Shown: positions 61,496-64,000 of the stretch, in pieces | How the letters are laid out: the number at the start of each line of letters is the position of its first letter | Numbering within the stretch: the first letter of the stretch is position 1 | From: Hoeflea sp. | Lineage (GTDB): Bacteria > Pseudomonadota > Alphaproteobacteria > Rhizobiales > Rhizobiaceae | NCBI RefSeq assembly: GCF_014359905.1 | Contig: NZ_JACIYP010000006.1 | Span: forward strand, 17,679-81,678 | Length of the DNA: 64,000 bases | Reading direction: 5' to 3' | Translations under genes and position numbers: made by a program | The notes under the pieces: model-generated | The model's input: only the letters and a program-made list of their open reading frames with translations | What the model was told of the DNA's origin: nothing | Databases searched by the model: none

Positions 61496-62308
61496 ATGAC
61501 TCGGATGCCGACGATGTTCATTCCACACGGTGGAGGCCCATGTTTCTTCATGGACTGGACCCCGCCAGAAACCTGGAACCGGCAGCGCGAGTTCCTTGCG
61601 GATTTACCGGCATCACTGCCGGAAACCCCCAAGGCATTGCTGGTGATTTCGGGCCATTGGGAAGAGCCGCAGTTCACCGTGCAGAGAAACCCGGACCCAC
61701 CGCTGTTGTTCGATTATAACGGGTTTCCACCCCACACCTACGAACTGACCTGGCCCGCGCCCGGCGCTCCGGCGCTATCCGACAGGGTGCAGGCGCTGCT
61801 CGAGGCGGCCGGGTTTCCCTGCCCCGTTGATGAGGCGCGCGGTTACGATCACGGCGTGTTCATTCCGCTTAAGGTGGCCTTTCCGCAGGCCGACATTCCC
61901 TGTGTACAGCTGAGCCTGCGAAGTGATCTTGACCCGGCTGCGCATATTGCGGTCGGGCGGGCATTGGCACCGTTGCGAGATGAAGGTGTTCTGATCATCG
62001 GTTCGGGCAACACCTATCATAACATGCAAAAAATGATGCGCGCGATGCGGGATGGCGCCGCCGATTTCGTGAACGGGCAGGAATTTGACCGCTGGCTGAG
62101 CGATGCGGCCACCCGCACCGATCCGGTAGAGCGTGATCGAATGCTGGCACAATGGGCCGCCGCTCCCGGTGCTCGCGATGCAAACCCGCGCGAGGAACAT
62201 CTGATTCCGCTGCATGTGGTCGCGGGGGCAGCCCTTGCCGACAAAGGCATGAAAACGTTGGAGGATCACGTGCTAGGCGCAGTCGAAAGCGCGTTTACTT
62301 TCGGCTGA
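61496..62308 (+). CDS. Class III extradiol dioxygenase (DODA/YgiD-like)
   Basis: HGGGP, ISGHWE, DYNGFP, DHGVFIPL, GSGNTYHN, REEHLIPL. Confidence 0.9.
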   Translation: MTRMPTMFIPHGGGPCFFMDWTPPETWNRQREFLADLPASLPETPKALLVISGHWEEPQFTVQRNPDPPLLFDYNGFPPHTYELTWPAPGAPALSDRVQALLEAAGFPCPVDEARGYDHGVFIPLKVAFPQADIPCVQLSLRSDLDPAAHIAVGRALAPLRDEGVLIIGSGNTYHNMQKMMRAMRDGAADFVNGQEFDRWLSDAATRTDPVERDRMLAQWAAAPGARDANPREEHLIPLHVVAGAALADKGMKTLEDHVLGAVESAFTFG

Positions 62309-62363
62309 CTCCATTGAGACGCTTGAACATCCAAATCCAACCCGGAAAATCTAGGAAAATCCA

Positions 62364-63263
62364 ATGACAAACATTCAAAACGGCCCTTTCATCGTCACCG
62401 GTGCATCCGGCCAGCTTGGCCGACAGGTCATCGACAACCTGATTGCGGCCGGTGCCGGTCCGATCATCGCCGTTTCGCGTTCGCCGGAAAAGCTGGCCGA
62501 TCTGGCTGACAAGGGAGTCGAGGCCCGCAAGGGTGATTTCAATGACCCCGCATCGCTGAGCGCGGCTTTTGCCGGTGGCAATCGCCTGCTGATCATTTCG
62601 ACCGACGATCTGGAACCAGGAAAGCGACTGGAAGCGCATAAACACGCCATCGCAGCCGCGATGAAGGAAGGGATCACACATATCGTCTATACCTCGCTGA
62701 CGAACCCGGTTGAGGAAAGCCCGATCACGTTCTCCAAAGATCACTGCGACACCGAAGCGCTGATTAAAGAAACCGGTGCCAGCTATACCATCCTGCGCAA
62801 CAACCTTTACACCGATCTGGTGCTGATGGGTGGTGGCCAAAGCATTGGTATGGGGCAACATTTCGCCGCTGCTGCTATGGGGAAAACTGGCTATGTCACC
62901 CGCGCCGATTGCGCCCGCGCCGCCGCAGCGGCCCTGATGCAGGAAACCGGTTCAAGTGTTCTGGACATCACCGGCCCTGCGGCGCTTTCCCAAGGCGACA
63001 TCGCGGTCATCCTTTCGGAAATCTCGGGCAAGGATATCCCCTATATCCCAATCTCAACCGACGATCTGGTTCAGGCCATGATCGGCGCTGGCTTGCCAGA
63101 GTTCATGGCAAAGGTTTTTGCGTCCTTCGACGAGGCGATGGCCAAGGACTATCTGAATGTTGCAACGGGTGATCTGGAAAGACTGACTGGACAGGCCGGC
63201 CAGTCGGCGCGTGACTTTTTGATTGCCAACAAGGCGGCTCTGTTGACCCCACCGGCGCATTAA
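62364..63263 (+). CDS. NmrA-like NAD(P)H:quinone oxidoreductase (QorB-like)
   Basis: VTGASGQLG, LLIIS, HIVYTS, LRNNLY, RADCARAAA. Confidence 0.82.
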   Translation: MTNIQNGPFIVTGASGQLGRQVIDNLIAAGAGPIIAVSRSPEKLADLADKGVEARKGDFNDPASLSAAFAGGNRLLIISTDDLEPGKRLEAHKHAIAAAMKEGITHIVYTSLTNPVEESPITFSKDHCDTEALIKETGASYTILRNNLYTDLVLMGGGQSIGMGQHFAAAAMGKTGYVTRADCARAAAAALMQETGSSVLDITGPAALSQGDIAVILSEISGKDIPYIPISTDDLVQAMIGAGLPEFMAKVFASFDEAMAKDYLNVATGDLERLTGQAGQSARDFLIANKAALLTPPAH

Positions 63264-63273
63264 GGAACCCATC

Positions 63274-63909
63274 ATGAAGCTTTACAACGCAAATTTCTCG
63301 CCAAACGCCCTTCGGGTGCGGGCGGTTGCCCTGGAACTGGGGATCGACGTTGAGATCATTGAGGTCAACCTACGTGGCGGCGACAACCGCAGCGATGAAT
63401 TCCTGGCAATGAACCCCAACGCCAAGGTGCCAGTGCTGGTGGACGGCGATTTCGTGGTCTGGGAATCGCGCGCCATCAATTCGTATCTGGCAAGCAAGAA
63501 ACCCGAGCGCGGTCTTTATCCCGACGACCCAAAGGCCCGCGCAACGGTGGATCAGTGGCTTTACTGGCAGACGATACACCTTGGCCCGGCGATGCAGAAG
63601 CTGTCGTTCGAGCGGTTCCTGAAGGCGAAGTTCGGCATGGGAGAACCGGATCAAGGCGTTATCGACAGTGAGTTGAAAAACGTCGATCAGTTTCTGGCCG
63701 TGCTGGAAATCGGCCTCGAGGGCAAGGACTGGATCGCGGGCGATCTGAGCGTCGCGGATTTCGCGCTGGCCTCGACATTCATGTATCGTGCACAGTCTGA
63801 GATCTCGCTTGACGATCTTCCGAATGTCGCGGCCTGGATCGAACGACTTGAGGCGCGCGCCTCGTGGAAGGATGCGTTTGCACCGGTTCTGGCCCTGTTT
63901 GGCGGATAG
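63274..63909 (+). CDS. Glutathione S-transferase
   Basis: SPN, NPNAKVPVL, ESRAI, SVADF. Confidence 0.92.
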   Translation: MKLYNANFSPNALRVRAVALELGIDVEIIEVNLRGGDNRSDEFLAMNPNAKVPVLVDGDFVVWESRAINSYLASKKPERGLYPDDPKARATVDQWLYWQTIHLGPAMQKLSFERFLKAKFGMGEPDQGVIDSELKNVDQFLAVLEIGLEGKDWIAGDLSVADFALASTFMYRAQSEISLDDLPNVAAWIERLEARASWKDAFAPVLALFGG

Positions 63910-63928
63910 AATTCACAAATATATCTGT

Positions 63929-63949
63929 GGGGGCGAGCCATTCGCCCCC
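63929..63949 (+). terminator. Stem-loop after GST
   Basis: GGGGGCGA/TCGCCCCC stem without a T-tract. Confidence 0.4.
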
Positions 63950-64000
63950 GCCCTAAAGCCAGCCCTAAAGAAGGCCACATCGTGCAAATTGGAATATACA

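Noticed and set aside
1-64000. CRISPR array, tRNA, rRNA
   Set aside because: No regularly spaced repeats or recognisable structural RNA genes were seen by eye.

Overview
GC-rich alphaproteobacterial (Rhizobiales-like) accessory DNA, most likely from a conjugative plasmid or integrated element. (1) 1-5.5 kb is an IS pile-up: IS630; an IS1202-type element 5 bp from a dif-like XerCD site; ccdAB; and an IS1111-type element inside an ISKra4 remnant. (2) 5.6-37.3 kb is an acyl-CoA catabolic island: coaA, etfAB, 4 acyl-CoA dehydrogenases, 2 CoA ligases, 2 MaoC, an enoyl-CoA hydratase, a canonical thiolase, a Cys-less thiolase-like/DUF35 pair, 4 SDRs, a one-Cys racemase-family enzyme, 2 TRAP systems and 2 TetRs. 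(3) 37.4-43.5 kb is nested: ISL3 cut by IS21, whose istB is split precisely by a 2.6-kb large-serine-recombinase element. (4) 43.7-56.9 kb is a plasmid leading-region-like block (TA pair, ParB-like, MTase/helicase, toprim) with long intergenic hairpins. (5) 57-64 kb holds a truncated cusA, a second IS1111-type element and an HxlR/DoxX/dioxygenase/NmrA/GST module. The strongest candidates are the istB-targeting recombinase element, whose attP/attB can be rebuilt from the sequence, and the two IS1111 bridge/seek RNAs, whose guide segments covary with their own target and donor sites. All family calls are from motif recognition; no database searches were run.
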